A stretch of DNA of 45,074 bases from Vulcanimicrobiaceae bacterium (lineage in GTDB: Bacteria; Vulcanimicrobiota; Vulcanimicrobiia; Vulcanimicrobiales; Vulcanimicrobiaceae): contig JBHEMM010000019.1 in assembly GCA_046262595.1 (NCBI GenBank), positions 1 to 45,074 of the forward strand, written 5' to 3'. The first letter of the stretch is position 1. Every line of letters starts with the position of its first letter. Positions 1-10,130 of this stretch are shown here, piece after piece. The position numbers and the translations under genes were made by a program. The notes beneath the pieces are model-generated. The model had not been told where the DNA came from, made no database searches, and saw nothing but the letters and a program-made list of their open reading frames with translations.

Positions 1-172
1 GCGTGTAGTCGCCCGGCCCGATCTGCACCGAAAAGGCGCCGGCGGCATCGCTGACCGCATGCGCGCTTTGCGGGCCGCGCAGAGCGATCTGCGCGCCGCC
101 GACGGGGCTGCCTGAGGGACTGTGTATGTTACCCGACAGAACGCAGCACAGCACCGCGAAAACGAAGGTCAT
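1..172 (-). CDS. 5' part of a secreted protein with a carboxypeptidase-regulatory-like N-terminal domain (probable TonB-dependent receptor); truncated by the window edge
   Basis: Manual translation MTFVFAVLCCVLSGNIHSPSGSPVGGAQIALRGPQSAHAVSDAAGAFSVQIGPGDYT: signal peptide plus the G-x-P-V-x-G-A-x-V...D-x-x-G-x-F...PGxY pattern. Confidence 0.6.
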   Translation of the reverse strand, partial: MTFVFAVLCCVLSGNIHSPSGSPVGGAQIALRGPQSAHAVSDAAGAFSVQIGPGDYT

Positions 173-224
173 ATTTTGCCTACGCTATGCATGGGGCCTT
201 AACGCTTTCTGAGAACCGGGCAAG

Positions 225-1631
225 CTAATGCGTCTTAGGGAGAAGGCGCATCACTTCGTGCGCGTAGTCGAGAACGATGCGGTACTTCGAGAGAAAGCCG
301 CCGCCCAAATGGCCGTCGGCGGTGCCGCGCAGCGTTTNNNNNNNNNNCATCAGTTCCACGCTCTCGCCGCCGACGCCGCTCACGCTCTGCATTTTTGTCG
401 CTTGAAAAAGTTGCGAGTGCTCACGGTAATATTCATAGCCCAGGTTGATGTTGGATTGGTCGCCCGTGTCGACCGCGAGCGAGCTGAGCGAATCGTTCAG
501 AATGACGCTGACGACCGGGACGAGATTTTGGAAGGCGAGCGGCACCGTCGCGGCGGCTGCGGAAACCGGCACGTTCTGCCCGAAGTACAATGCGTGCGCC
601 TGATAGTCGATCGTTACGGGCATCGTGGCGAGCGCATCGGCGCCGATCACGATATCGTAACCGTAGCGGTGAATGTCGCTCAGCACGACGTAATTTGCAT
701 CGCCAAAGTTTTTATCCGCCAGTTTCAGCGGTCCGGCGCGCACGACTTCCGTTGCATAGTTGCCCAAGCCCGCCACGCGGAGCATGCCGACCGGCTTGAG
801 ATTCAGCTGTTCGGCCAGCTCCACGCTCATCGACAACGCGGAGTTTCCAGAATCGATCAGGCACGCTACGCTGATGCCCGCGACCGTGCACGTTCCGAGC
901 GGCAAAATACTTTGCGGATCGAGCGCCATGGCGGGAAGCGCACCGGCAATCTCTTGCGCGTGTAAACCCTGCGGCGCGTTGAACGGCGCGGCCTCGACGC
1001 GGCGAGTCAAATAGCGTTCCAGGGGCGCGCCGCTGCGATCGATCTCGAACGGCAGCACGAACGCGCCGACGCGCCGGTAATCGCGCATCACGTAGACCGC
1101 ATCGCCGTTCACGTCTTGCGCGCCGGCTACGAGCCCCGTTTGCGGATTGACGTAGATCTCCATCGGCAGGGCAATGCGATCGCTTACGAAGATGCGCCGC
1201 ACCGTACGTCCGAGGAAATGCGCGGCGCCGCCGTCGTAAACCGTGCCTTCAAACTGCGGGTCCAGAAACGCAAGCATTCCCAAAATGCGCAGTGCGCGCA
1301 GCCGCGGCTCGGGCGTGCTCGAGCGCGGCAGTGCCGTGTCGTTAATGTTAACCGAAAAAAGCCGCTCGCCGTCGAAGTAAGTCCCTAAGCAGACCAAGCC
1401 CGTGCACTGGTCTTGCCGGTAGCGCAGACCTTGAACGTGGGTGGTCAAAATGGCCGGCATACCGTCAACGAGGTGCCGGGAGGTGCTTACGATATGCGCG
1501 TTTACCAGGCCGCCGTTGGCAGCGCGCATTCGCGCAAAAAGCGGCGCCAGGGCGGCAGCCTGCGGCCCCGCCGCGCCAGCCGTCAAGCATGCAAGAACGC
1601 AGAGCACGGCGAGCCGCGCGGCGAAGGCCAT
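225..1631 (-). CDS. Secreted aspartyl protease with two retropepsin-like domains (spans the N gap at 338-347)
   Basis: LIDSG and VDTG catalytic-type motifs, GADAL and GGGFL...LDY closing motifs, N-terminal signal peptide; start uncertain. Confidence 0.75.
   Translation of the reverse strand: MAFAARLAVLCVLACLTAGAAGPQAAALAPLFARMRAANGGLVNAHIVSTSRHLVDGMPAILTTHVQGLRYRQDQCTGLVCLGTYFDGERLFSVNINDTALPRSSTPEPRLRALRILGMLAFLDPQFEGTVYDGGAAHFLGRTVRRIFVSDRIALPMEIYVNPQTGLVAGAQDVNGDAVYVMRDYRRVGAFVLPFEIDRSGAPLERYLTRRVEAAPFNAPQGLHAQEIAGALPAMALDPQSILPLGTCTVAGISVACLIDSGNSALSMSVELAEQLNLKPVGMLRVAGLGNYATEVVRAGPLKLADKNFGDANYVVLSDIHRYGYDIVIGADALATMPVTIDYQAHALYFGQNVPVSAAAATVPLAFQNLVPVVSVILNDSLSSLAVDTGDQSNINLGYEYYREHSQLFQATKMQSVSGVGGESVELMXXXXTLRGTADGHLGGGFLSKYRIVLDYAHEVMRLLPKTH
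338..347. other. Assembly gap (10 N); others at 5786-5795, 6368-6377 and 24187-24196
   Basis: N runs; missing conserved protein segments show the true gaps are longer than 10 nt. Confidence 0.95.
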
Positions 1632-1634
1632 ACC

Positions 1635-1937
1635 ATGGAGTTCGATTTGCTCGACGGCTATCTTCTCGATGGTAAGCCCGCAAAGGCGGCGCTCATCGAA
1701 GCGCTGCTCGAATCGCCGCCCGCGTTGCCGCAAGCCGGACCGTTTTTGGAAGGCATGCGCATCTTGAAAGCGCGGACGCCGGATCTATCGCTGCTCGCAT
1801 TGCGTTTGATCCTCGCCGGAAAGCCGGCGAACGACGAAACGGTGCTCGCGCTGCGGACCGCTTCCGACGCCGCCCGCGCAAACGGCGCGGGCCGCCCGGC
1901 CGCAGTGGAGCGCTACCGTTCCTTAACATCGTCATGA
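1635..1937 (+). CDS. Hypothetical protein (100 aa)
   Basis: MEFDLLDGYLLDG... helical, protein-like composition; fills the space between genes. Confidence 0.6.
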   Translation: MEFDLLDGYLLDGKPAKAALIEALLESPPALPQAGPFLEGMRILKARTPDLSLLALRLILAGKPANDETVLALRTASDAARANGAGRPAAVERYRSLTSS

Positions 1938-1959
1938 CCGGGAATAAACGTCCGCCGAT

Positions 1960-1985
1960 GGAACGGGAGATCGGTTCCCCGCGTT
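1960..1985 (+). promoter_or_regulatory. Putative ECF sigma (SigH/SigR-like) promoter GGAAC-N18-GTT
   Basis: GGAAC at 1960-1964, 18-nt spacer, GTT at 1983-1985, just upstream of ATG 1998. Confidence 0.45.
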
Positions 1986-1997
1986 GAGAATAGCGAG

Positions 1998-2369
1998 ATG
2001 GTTGGTATTTATCGCACAATCCGGGTGGCAACCGCGGCCGCGCTTCTCGTGCTCGCCGGCGCCGGTTCCGCTCTTGCCGTTCCGCCCCCGTGGGCCCATT
2101 CCGGCCACCGGGGCCACGGCGCGCCGTCCGCCGGTCCGCGCGCGCACGCACTTATATCGGGAACCATCGTGGGCATCGATTATGGGTCGGCTACCATCCT
2201 CGTTGCAACGGCGCGCGGCATCGTACCGGTCGCCGTAACGCCATCGACCAGCATCTACCGTGGAAGCGCCTTTGCCTCGTTTGCGGAAATCGGACGCGGC
2301 GCACACGTTGACGTCGATGCGGCCGACGTCGAAGGGCACCTCGTCGCGCAGCTCATCCGCATCCGCTGA
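1998..2369 (+). CDS. Small secreted protein, probable OB-fold (DUF5666-like)
   Basis: Signal peptide, PPPWAH linker, beta-rich pattern ISGTIVGID...VTPSTSI...GAHVDV...AQLIRIR. Confidence 0.6.
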   Translation: MVGIYRTIRVATAAALLVLAGAGSALAVPPPWAHSGHRGHGAPSAGPRAHALISGTIVGIDYGSATILVATARGIVPVAVTPSTSIYRGSAFASFAEIGRGAHVDVDAADVEGHLVAQLIRIR

Positions 2370-3321
2370 CGGCGCGCTTCACGCGAGCGATCTCACGCTG
2401 GGGCGCCGCATTTGCGGCGTCTCTTTTGTTGTCGCGCCGCGCCAGACGCTGGTGGTACTGGGCCCGAGCGGCGCGGGAAAAACCTCGCTTTTGCGTCTCC
2501 TCGCCGGCTTGGAACCGCCCGATTGCGGCACCTTACGGTTCGATGGCGCGGATCTTTCGAATGTCCCGGCCGAGCGCCGCCGCATCGCCATGGTATTTCA
2601 GCAGGACGCTTTGCTGCCGCATCTCTCGATCGAGCAGAATCTCCGCTTTGCGATGCGAAGCGTCAAGCCGCAGCGCGTGCGCGAGATTGCGGCGGCGCTG
2701 GAGATCGGGCACCGTCTGCATGAACGCCCGGCCCGGCTCTCGGGCGGCGAACGCCAGCGTGCCTCGCTTGCGCGGGCGGTGCTCAGCGAACCGCGCGTGC
2801 TCCTGCTCGACGAACCGCTCGCGCATCTCGACCCGCAGCTACGCCGGCGCGTGGCATCCGCCTTTGCCGCATTCGTACACGAATGGGGCGGCCCGGTCAT
2901 CTTCGTGACGCACGATCACGAAGAAGCGCTCGCCTTGGGCGATCGCATTGCCATCTTGATTGCGGGGCGCATCGTCCAGTGCGATGTACCGCAGAACGTC
3001 TACGATCGGCCGGCAACGCTGGAGGCCGCCAGGTTTTTCGGAACACCTGCGATGAACTTGCTCGACGAAGGCATGCATATCATTGGAATTCGCGCCGAAC
3101 ACGTGCGCATCGACCGCGCTGCGCCGCTGCGCGGCACTGTTTTGGAAACGCAGCCCGCGGGCGCCGATACGTTCGTGCGCGCGGCGACGGCACAAGGTGA
3201 GATCGTCGCGCGCGTGCGCAGGCCAGCGGATCTGCCGGGACGCGGAGACGAAACGGGTTTTGCATTTGATCGGCGCGCGGCGCTGCGTTTCGATAAAACG
3301 ACCGGCTTGCTGCTGCAGTGA
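2317..3321 (+). CDS. ABC transporter ATP-binding protein (MalK/PotA-like, C-terminal TOBE)
   Basis: Walker A GPSGAGKT, LSGGERQR signature, Walker B LLLDEP, H-loop VTHD; start uncertain. Confidence 0.9.
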   Translation: MRPTSKGTSSRSSSASADGALHASDLTLGRRICGVSFVVAPRQTLVVLGPSGAGKTSLLRLLAGLEPPDCGTLRFDGADLSNVPAERRRIAMVFQQDALLPHLSIEQNLRFAMRSVKPQRVREIAAALEIGHRLHERPARLSGGERQRASLARAVLSEPRVLLLDEPLAHLDPQLRRRVASAFAAFVHEWGGPVIFVTHDHEEALALGDRIAILIAGRIVQCDVPQNVYDRPATLEAARFFGTPAMNLLDEGMHIIGIRAEHVRIDRAAPLRGTVLETQPAGADTFVRAATAQGEIVARVRRPADLPGRGDETGFAFDRRAALRFDKTTGLLLQ

Positions 3322-4814
3322 GCGAACTGGAGCAACTTGCCGCCGGCGTGGTGTGCGTCGGGTTTTCAGGCACGAGGCCCGAAGCGCTCGATACGCGCCT
3401 GCTGCGCACGCCGTTCGCCGGCTTCATTTTGTTTGCGCGAAACGTCGAAACGCCCGAGCAGATGCGCGTACTGTGCGATGTGCTGCAGCAAAGCAATGAG
3501 AATGGTTCGCCGCGGCTGATCGCCATCGATCAAGAAGGCGGACGCGTGGCGCGGATGCGTGCCGGCGTCGAGCAAATCCCCTCGATGATGGCCGTTTCGG
3601 CGGCCTACGATGTGGAACTGGCCACCAAAGCGGGGCAGCAGATGGGTTTCGATCTGCGCCGTGCGGGCGTGAACCTGGATTTCGCCCCCGTTTTGGACCT
3701 GGCGCTGTTCGAGAAAAACACGGTGATTGGGGCCCGCGCGTTTAGCGACGATCCGCAGCGCGTTACGTATTTTGCCGGAGCGTTCGCCGCCGGTTTGGAA
3801 TCGGCCGGCGTCTTTGCGACCTACAAGCACTTTCCGGGGCACGGATCCACCGACGTCGACTCGCACCTCGATCTCCCCGTCATTGAAGTGGACGAGGCGA
3901 CGCTGCGTTTACGCGACCTGGTGCCGTTCGCACAGCTCTTGCCGCAAGCGCACGCCGTGATGACGGCGCACATCGTCGCTTACGCGTTCGACAAAGAGCG
4001 GGCGGCGACGCTCTCGCGGCGCATTCTCACCCAGCTGCTTCGCGAAGAGCTGATGTTCAAAGGCGTGTGCTTCACCGATTGCATGCAGATGGACGCGATA
4101 GCGAAGCGCATCGGCTCGGCGCAAGGCGGCGTGGAGGCGCTGCGCGCCGGCGCCGATTGCGTGCTCATCAGCCACAGCATCGATCTGGCGCTCGAGACCA
4201 TTGCGTCGATCTGTAATGCCGTGGAAAACGGCACGCTGCCCATCGAGCGCCTTGAAGAGGCGCGCGCTCGAGTCGGCGCATTGCGTGCGGCCGTAGCTCC
4301 GCCGCTGGCGCTCGATGCGTCCCCGCCGCATGCGGGAATCGGCCGAGAGATCGGACGGCGTGCGGTTACGCTGATCCGCGGATATGCGCATGCCGAGCCG
4401 AAAGCATCCTTCGCGTTAAGTTTTGAGGGAACGACGACCGAAGGCGTTCAAGGAACGCACTCGGCGCACGCGCCGCTTCAAGGCGTTCAAACCATTCGGT
4501 TGGCGCTCGAGCCATCGGCCGCGGCGCTCGAGCGTGCGCTGGCGGAAATGCACGCTCTTGCCAAGCGTCCGATCGTCTTGATGCGCCGCGCGCATCTGTA
4601 TGAAACACAGCGCACCGCGATCGAGCGCGTCGTGCAGGCGTTTCCCAACGCGCTTCTGGTTTCAACCCGCGAGCCGTACGACGCGTTTCTCTTCCCCGGC
4701 GCAATGCATATGCTGTGCACGTACGGCGACGACGAGCCGAGCATGCAAGGCTTGGCCGATGTGCTCTTTGCCGGACATGCGGCCCAAGGGCGTTTTCCCT
4801 TGGACATCCGCTAG
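3318..4814 (+). CDS. nagZ: Beta-N-acetylhexosaminidase (GH3)
   Basis: IDQEGGRV, APVLD, KHFPGHG-x4-DSH NagZ motif, FTDCMQM. Confidence 0.92.
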   Translation: MSELEQLAAGVVCVGFSGTRPEALDTRLLRTPFAGFILFARNVETPEQMRVLCDVLQQSNENGSPRLIAIDQEGGRVARMRAGVEQIPSMMAVSAAYDVELATKAGQQMGFDLRRAGVNLDFAPVLDLALFEKNTVIGARAFSDDPQRVTYFAGAFAAGLESAGVFATYKHFPGHGSTDVDSHLDLPVIEVDEATLRLRDLVPFAQLLPQAHAVMTAHIVAYAFDKERAATLSRRILTQLLREELMFKGVCFTDCMQMDAIAKRIGSAQGGVEALRAGADCVLISHSIDLALETIASICNAVENGTLPIERLEEARARVGALRAAVAPPLALDASPPHAGIGREIGRRAVTLIRGYAHAEPKASFALSFEGTTTEGVQGTHSAHAPLQGVQTIRLALEPSAAALERALAEMHALAKRPIVLMRRAHLYETQRTAIERVVQAFPNALLVSTREPYDAFLFPGAMHMLCTYGDDEPSMQGLADVLFAGHAAQGRFPLDIR

Positions 4815-5785
4815 TGCGGAGCGCAGACGATGTGCTGCGCGAAGCGACCGGAAAAACGTTCACCGCGGCCGTCGCCCGCGTCGAACATCGCGGCGTGCCG
4901 GTTTTCGAGCGCGCGTACGGCGTAACGCGGCAAGACTCCGGCGCCCGGGCGGTCTATGCGGACACCGCGTTCGACTTGGCGTCCATCACGAAGTTGTTTG
5001 TCGCGACGCTCGCATTGCGTGCGGTGCAGGACGGCACGCTGGCGCTCGACGTTCCGGTGCTGCACGAGGGCATTACGCTGCGCATGCTGCTCTCGCATAC
5101 GGCCGGCATCAACTCGGGCGCGGATTACCGTCAGCTGCTCGGGCACAACGTTGTTGCTTTCGCGAACGCGCGCGAGCTGGTGGCGCGCCCGGGTGAGCGC
5201 GTGATTTACAGCGATCTCGGTTTCATCGCTTTGGGCGATTTGCTCGAACGCAGCTACGGATGTTCGCTTGATGCGCTGATGCGCGGCTTGCGGCGTTCGC
5301 CGTTTTTTCGTCCGCGCGCCGCACAAAAAATGCAGATCCCGGCGACGGAAGAAGACGCCTGGCGCGGCCGCGTGCAAGGCGCCGTACACGACGAAAAGGC
5401 CCACTTGCTGGGCGGCATTGCCGGGCACGCCGGACTTTTCGGCACGGCATCGGATGTCGCGTGGCTTACCGAGCAATACCTTGGCCCGCTCAACGGCCGG
5501 ACGCACGACACGCTCCATACGGAACTGGTGCGCGAAGCGGTGAGCGAACAAGCCGATGATCCCGTCCTGCGCCGCGGTTTAGGGTGGGCCCTCAAGACGA
5601 GCGACGAAAATTCGTGCGGACGTTTCTTTTCGCGCGACTCGTTCGGGCACACAGGATTTGTCGGCACGTGCGTGTGGGCCGATCCGGTGCGCGACTGCTG
5701 CGCGGTGCTGCTCACGAACAGCGTGTACTTCGGCCGCAGCGATACCCGGGATCTGCGCGCCGCGTTCTACGATGCGGCCGTTGCG
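4814..5785 (+). CDS. Serine hydrolase, beta-lactamase family (AmiE-like amidase); 3' end falls in the N gap
   Basis: FDLASITK (SxxK), LLSHTAG, YSD, GxVHDE, GHAGLF, FGHTGF; GTG start overlaps the nagZ stop. Confidence 0.85.
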
Positions 5786-5795
5786 NNNNNNNNNN

Positions 5796-6840
5796 ACTGG
5801 TCCGGCTGCGGCCTCAGGGCGATCGCTATCAGATCGATCTGCTGAACTTTGCCACCGTGCCGTTCGATGATGCGCTGCAGCGCGTGCTGCACGAGGCACT
5901 GCCTCCGCACGCAGGCACGTTGGCGCAAACGGCGCAGCTGCACCAGCTGCTGGGGCGGGCGTTCGCAAAAGCTGCGCTGCACGTGCGCGGCGACATGCCG
6001 CTCGATTACGTCGCCTCGCACGGCCAAACGCTTTATCACGACGGCGATGCGCACCGCACGCTGCAGGCCGGCGATCCGTTCATCATCCGGGATGCGGCAC
6101 AGTGCACGGTGTGCTTCGACTTCCGCAGCGCCGATTGCGCGGCGGGCGGCCAGGGCGCGCCGCTCGTGCCGTACGTGGACGCGCTGCTCTTCGCCGATAC
6201 TGCCGAACACCGCGTTGCCGTGAACATCGGCGGCATTGCCAATCTCACCGTGCTGCAAGCCGGCTCGCCGTCGTCCGGTGTGCTCGCCTTTGACAGCGGG
6301 CCGGGCAACATGCTCATCGATGCGCTCGTGCGGGAGCGCACGCGCGGCGCGCAGCACTACGATGGCANNNNNNNNNNTCGCTACTTCGCGCAGCCGCCGC
6401 CGAAAAGCACCGGACGCGAGCATTTCGGCGCGCAGTTTCTGCGCGAGCATGCGGCGCTTCTCGATCCGCTCAGCCTGCAGGATGCCGCGGCGACGCTGGC
6501 CGCTTTGACGGCGGCTTCTTTGGCGAACGCGATCGGCGCCAACGCTCCGCAGGGCGCCCGCGTTCTGGTGAGCGGCGGTGGAGCACATAATGCGTGCCTC
6601 ATGGGCTTACTGGAGCGCGATCTTCGCGGTTACACGGTTCAGCATTCGAGCGCGCTCAACGTGCACGGCGACGCCAAAGAAGCCGTTGCGTTCGCAGTTC
6701 TGGGCTACGAGTTGCTGCGCGAGCGCGCCGCAAACGTTCCCCGCGTGACCGGCGCAAGCGGCCCGGTCTTGCTGGGCGCGCTCGCGCCGCATGATTTGCT
6801 CTCGCTGCTCGCAAAAGTGCACACGGAATGCCGGACGTAA
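5796..6840 (+). CDS. anmK: Anhydro-N-acetylmuramic acid kinase (5' end lost in a gap, internal gap 6368-6377)
   Basis: SHGQT, DFRSAD-x3-GGQGAPLVP, NIGGIAN, DSGPGN, PPKSTGRE, GGGAHN, KEAVAFA motifs. Confidence 0.92.
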
Positions 6841-7730
6841 TCGTCGGCGTCGACGCCGGAGGAACGAAAACCGCGGTCGCTTACCGTTTGGGCGATGCGC
6901 CGCCGCGCATCCTCATGGCCGAAGGCGCGAACGCCGCAACGCTCGGCCCCGAGCGCGCCGGCGCCTCGATTGCCTCGCTCGTCGAACGCGCACTGGACGG
7001 AGCGCAGCCGCACGCGCTGTTCGTGGGCATGGCCGGCGGCGGCACTGCGTCGCTTGCCCAGAGCGTGCGGGACGTTCTGCAAGCGCGTTTCGCGCGCGCG
7101 CGCATCGCCGTCGGGGACGATGCCGCAGCGGCGCTGCGAGCGAATATCCCCGGTGGGGACGGCGCGGTTTTAATCGCCGGAACCGGTTCCATAGCATACG
7201 CGGAGTGCGGCGCCCAGACGTTTCGCTGCGGTGGTTTCGGCTATCTCTTGGGCGACGAAGGCAGCGGGTTTTCGATCGGCGCCGCGGCCCTCAAACATCT
7301 TCTGCGCGCATACGATCGCCGCGGGCCGCGCGATGCGCTGGCCGATGCAATCGAAACGCATCTGCAGGTGCACGACGCGCAGGAGGCGGTTGCAGCGGTT
7401 TACGGCCGTAAGTTTCCTGTTACAACGATCGCGCAGGCCGGTGCCATCGTCGTCGAGGCCGCCGGAACGGGTGAGCGAAGCGCCTTGAAGATCGTGCAGA
7501 ACGCAGCGCTCGAACTTTGCGATCTTGCCAAAGCGGTCATACGCAAAGCCGGCCTTTCGCAGACCGGCGCGCCGCTCGCGTTTTCCGGCGGGCTGCTCGG
7601 AACGAACAGTGTCCTCAGTTATCTGCTGGAAACGAGGCTGCTCAACGAGCTGCCGCAGACTCCGCTCGTGAAGACCGCAAACGCGCCCGTAAGCGGCGCG
7701 CTCATGCTCGCGAGCCGTCTGCTGCAATGA
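6828..7730 (+). CDS. BadF/BadG/BcrA/BcrD-family sugar kinase (N-acetylglucosamine/MurNAc kinase, MurK-like)
   Basis: GVDAGGTKT, IAGTGS, GGFGYLLGDEGSG motifs; operon context. Confidence 0.85.
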   Translation: MPDVIVGVDAGGTKTAVAYRLGDAPPRILMAEGANAATLGPERAGASIASLVERALDGAQPHALFVGMAGGGTASLAQSVRDVLQARFARARIAVGDDAAAALRANIPGGDGAVLIAGTGSIAYAECGAQTFRCGGFGYLLGDEGSGFSIGAAALKHLLRAYDRRGPRDALADAIETHLQVHDAQEAVAAVYGRKFPVTTIAQAGAIVVEAAGTGERSALKIVQNAALELCDLAKAVIRKAGLSQTGAPLAFSGGLLGTNSVLSYLLETRLLNELPQTPLVKTANAPVSGALMLASRLLQ

Positions 7731-8620
7731 GCGAGCTGCCGCAAACCGAGCAGATCAACCCGCGCACGCGCGAGTTGGATATCCTCGCGAGCGCCGACCT
7801 CACCGCCTTACTCGCGAGCGAGCAGCAGCAAGCGCTCGATGCGGTGCGCGCCGTGTCCGCAAGCATCGCGGACGCCGTGGATTGCATCGCGGCGCGCCTG
7901 CGCGCGGGCGGCGTTCTGCACTATGTCGGCGCGGGAACGAGCGGACGGCTCGGGTTTTTAGACGCATCGGAGATGCCGCCCACATTCGGTACGCCCCCGC
8001 GGCTGGTTTGCGCTCACATTGCGGGCGGGCGCGAGGCATTGACGCGCGCCATCGAAGGCGCCGAGGACGATGCGTCCGCCGGCGCAGCGGAAATGCGCGA
8101 TCACGTTACTCCCGCTGATGCGGTTGCGGGCTTGAGCGCGAGCGGCGGCGCACCGTTCGTCGTGAGCGCGCTCGAAAGCGCGCGGGCGGCCGGCGCGTGG
8201 ACGCTCGGCGTGGCGAACGTTCCGGGAAGCGCATTGACGAGGGATGCCGACCTCGGCATCCTTTTGGACACCGGCCCTGAGCCGCTCACCGGCTCGACAC
8301 GGCTCAAAGCCGGAACGGCGCAGAAGATTCTGCTGAACACCCTTTCAACGGCAATCATGATCCGTTTGGGAAAAGTGCACGGCAATTTGATGGTGGACGT
8401 CGTCGCAACGAATGCGAAACTGCGCGACCGCGCACTGCGCTTGGTGCGCACGCTTACCGGCGCGCCGGAACCGCAAGCGCGGGCCCTGCTGCAGGCGGCA
8501 GGCGGCAGCGTCAAGGTCGCCGTTGCGATGCACGCTAACCGCTGCGAGGCGGCCGCGGCGCGCGCGCTGCTCGAAGCGCACGGCGGCGTCCTTCGCGCGG
8601 TGATCCTGCCCAAACCGTGA
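7727..8620 (+). CDS. murQ: N-acetylmuramic acid 6-phosphate etherase
   Basis: TEQINP, GAGTSGRLG-x2-DASE, EGAED, GPE-x2-GSTRLKAGTAQK, NLMVDV. Confidence 0.95.
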   Translation: MSELPQTEQINPRTRELDILASADLTALLASEQQQALDAVRAVSASIADAVDCIAARLRAGGVLHYVGAGTSGRLGFLDASEMPPTFGTPPRLVCAHIAGGREALTRAIEGAEDDASAGAAEMRDHVTPADAVAGLSASGGAPFVVSALESARAAGAWTLGVANVPGSALTRDADLGILLDTGPEPLTGSTRLKAGTAQKILLNTLSTAIMIRLGKVHGNLMVDVVATNAKLRDRALRLVRTLTGAPEPQARALLQAAGGSVKVAVAMHANRCEAAAARALLEAHGGVLRAVILPKP

Positions 8621-10125
8621 TTGCGTTCGTTCTTGCGCTGATAACGTTCGTGCCGCTCGACGATCGGCCCGTCACGCGCCAGTTGCCGCAGATGCTCGCG
8701 CAGATTGCCGGCGAACGTCTGATCGAGCCGCCGCGCCGACTGCTTGGCAATTACCTCAGCTTCGGCAAACCCGACGCGATCGCGGCGTGGCTGAACGGTG
8801 CGCAGCCGCGCGCATCCGGCGCCTTCGTCATTTCCACCGATATGCTCGCATACGGCGGCCTCGTCGCCTCGCGCGTTCCCGGCGTCACTTATGCCGATGC
8901 GTTTTACCGCCTGGGCGAACTCACGCATTTGCGCGCGCGCCATCCGCATGCGTGGATCGGCGCGTTCGGGACCGTGATGCGCCTCGCGCCGACCGGCGTT
9001 CCTTCGCTCGGATCGGCGGCACAATTTTTTGCCGCGTACCCCGCGTGGGACTACTTGCAGCAGTATGCGAACCTGCACGATCCGCCGCTCCGAAGCGAAC
9101 TGGCGCTCGCGCAACAGCTCAGATCCCTCGTTGGAGAGCCGCTGCTGCAGGCCTATCTGCAGACACGCGCGCGCAACTTGAGCGTCGATCTGCACGAAAT
9201 CGGTCTCGCGCGCGCAAGCGGCTTGAATGCACTCGCGCTCGGGCAGGACGATGCCGGCCCATACGGGCTGCACCTCAAAGACGTCTCGGCGCTGCAGCAA
9301 GCGGCAGCGCAAATGCCCGGACGCATCGCCATCGAACCGGGCGCCGACGAATTAGGAATGGCGATGGTGGCCCACGCGCTTGCGCGCAGCGTGCATTGGT
9401 TTCCGTCGGTGGCCGTGCATTATTATCCCGCAGCGGGCGGCTCGATCAACGATCCGCTGGAGTATGCGCCCATCGACGTAGCCGTCGGCTCACTTATCAC
9501 GCTCTGCGGCGCTGTGCGCACGCAGGGGCCCGCCGACATTCACCTGTACGTGCGCGCGCCGGGATCGAACGCGCAGGACGATGCCGCGCTCCAGCAGGCG
9601 CTGCAGGCAGACGAGACGGCGGGCGACTCCGTGGCGTTCGCCGATCTGACGTTCTTGGAAGATTCGTTCGCCAGTCAAGCGCGCTTCGCTGAGTCACTGC
9701 TTGCCGGCGGCCTGGCTTCGAAGCTCGACGCGTATTCGTCGTGGAACACGAATGCGAATACGGTGGGCACGGCGATCGCAGAAGCGGTCGCCGCCGGCGC
9801 CGGACGGCGCAGCCACCGTTACGACGCGTTGGCGCACAAGACGTTCACGTTCAACCGCATCGTGGACGACTATGCGTTCCACGATTACGTTCGCCCCGAT
9901 CTCAACGCGTGGCTGAGCTCGCAAGGTATCGCCGACCATACGTATCTCTTGCCGGGACCGGCGGCACAGGCCGCATCGCGCAACGGCGCGGAACTGTTCG
10001 CGCGCGCTGCCGCATTACTGCCGCACCTCTATCCGGGCTATCACATCGCCGCAATGCAAATTACGCTGCCGTGGAACCGGACGTTCGAAACCGAAATCGA
10101 CGCAGCGCTGGCGCCGCGGCTTTAG
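8617..10125 (+). CDS. DUF4127-like secreted protein
   Basis: PLDDRP, DMLAYGGLVASR, GQDD, PGADE, WNTxANTxG motifs recalled for DUF4127. Confidence 0.7.
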   Translation: MIAFVLALITFVPLDDRPVTRQLPQMLAQIAGERLIEPPRRLLGNYLSFGKPDAIAAWLNGAQPRASGAFVISTDMLAYGGLVASRVPGVTYADAFYRLGELTHLRARHPHAWIGAFGTVMRLAPTGVPSLGSAAQFFAAYPAWDYLQQYANLHDPPLRSELALAQQLRSLVGEPLLQAYLQTRARNLSVDLHEIGLARASGLNALALGQDDAGPYGLHLKDVSALQQAAAQMPGRIAIEPGADELGMAMVAHALARSVHWFPSVAVHYYPAAGGSINDPLEYAPIDVAVGSLITLCGAVRTQGPADIHLYVRAPGSNAQDDAALQQALQADETAGDSVAFADLTFLEDSFASQARFAESLLAGGLASKLDAYSSWNTNANTVGTAIAEAVAAGAGRRSHRYDALAHKTFTFNRIVDDYAFHDYVRPDLNAWLSSQGIADHTYLLPGPAAQAASRNGAELFARAAALLPHLYPGYHIAAMQITLPWNRTFETEIDAALAPRL

Positions 10126-10130
10126 CGCGG

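Noticed and set aside
4441..4490. Direct repeat AAGGCGTTCAA inside nagZ
   Set aside because: Only two 11-bp copies, in frame within coding sequence (GVQ twice); likely chance or a small local duplication.
5786..5845. Apparent fusion or overlap of the serine hydrolase with anmK
   Set aside because: This is an artefact of the N gap, which hides the hydrolase stop and the anmK start.
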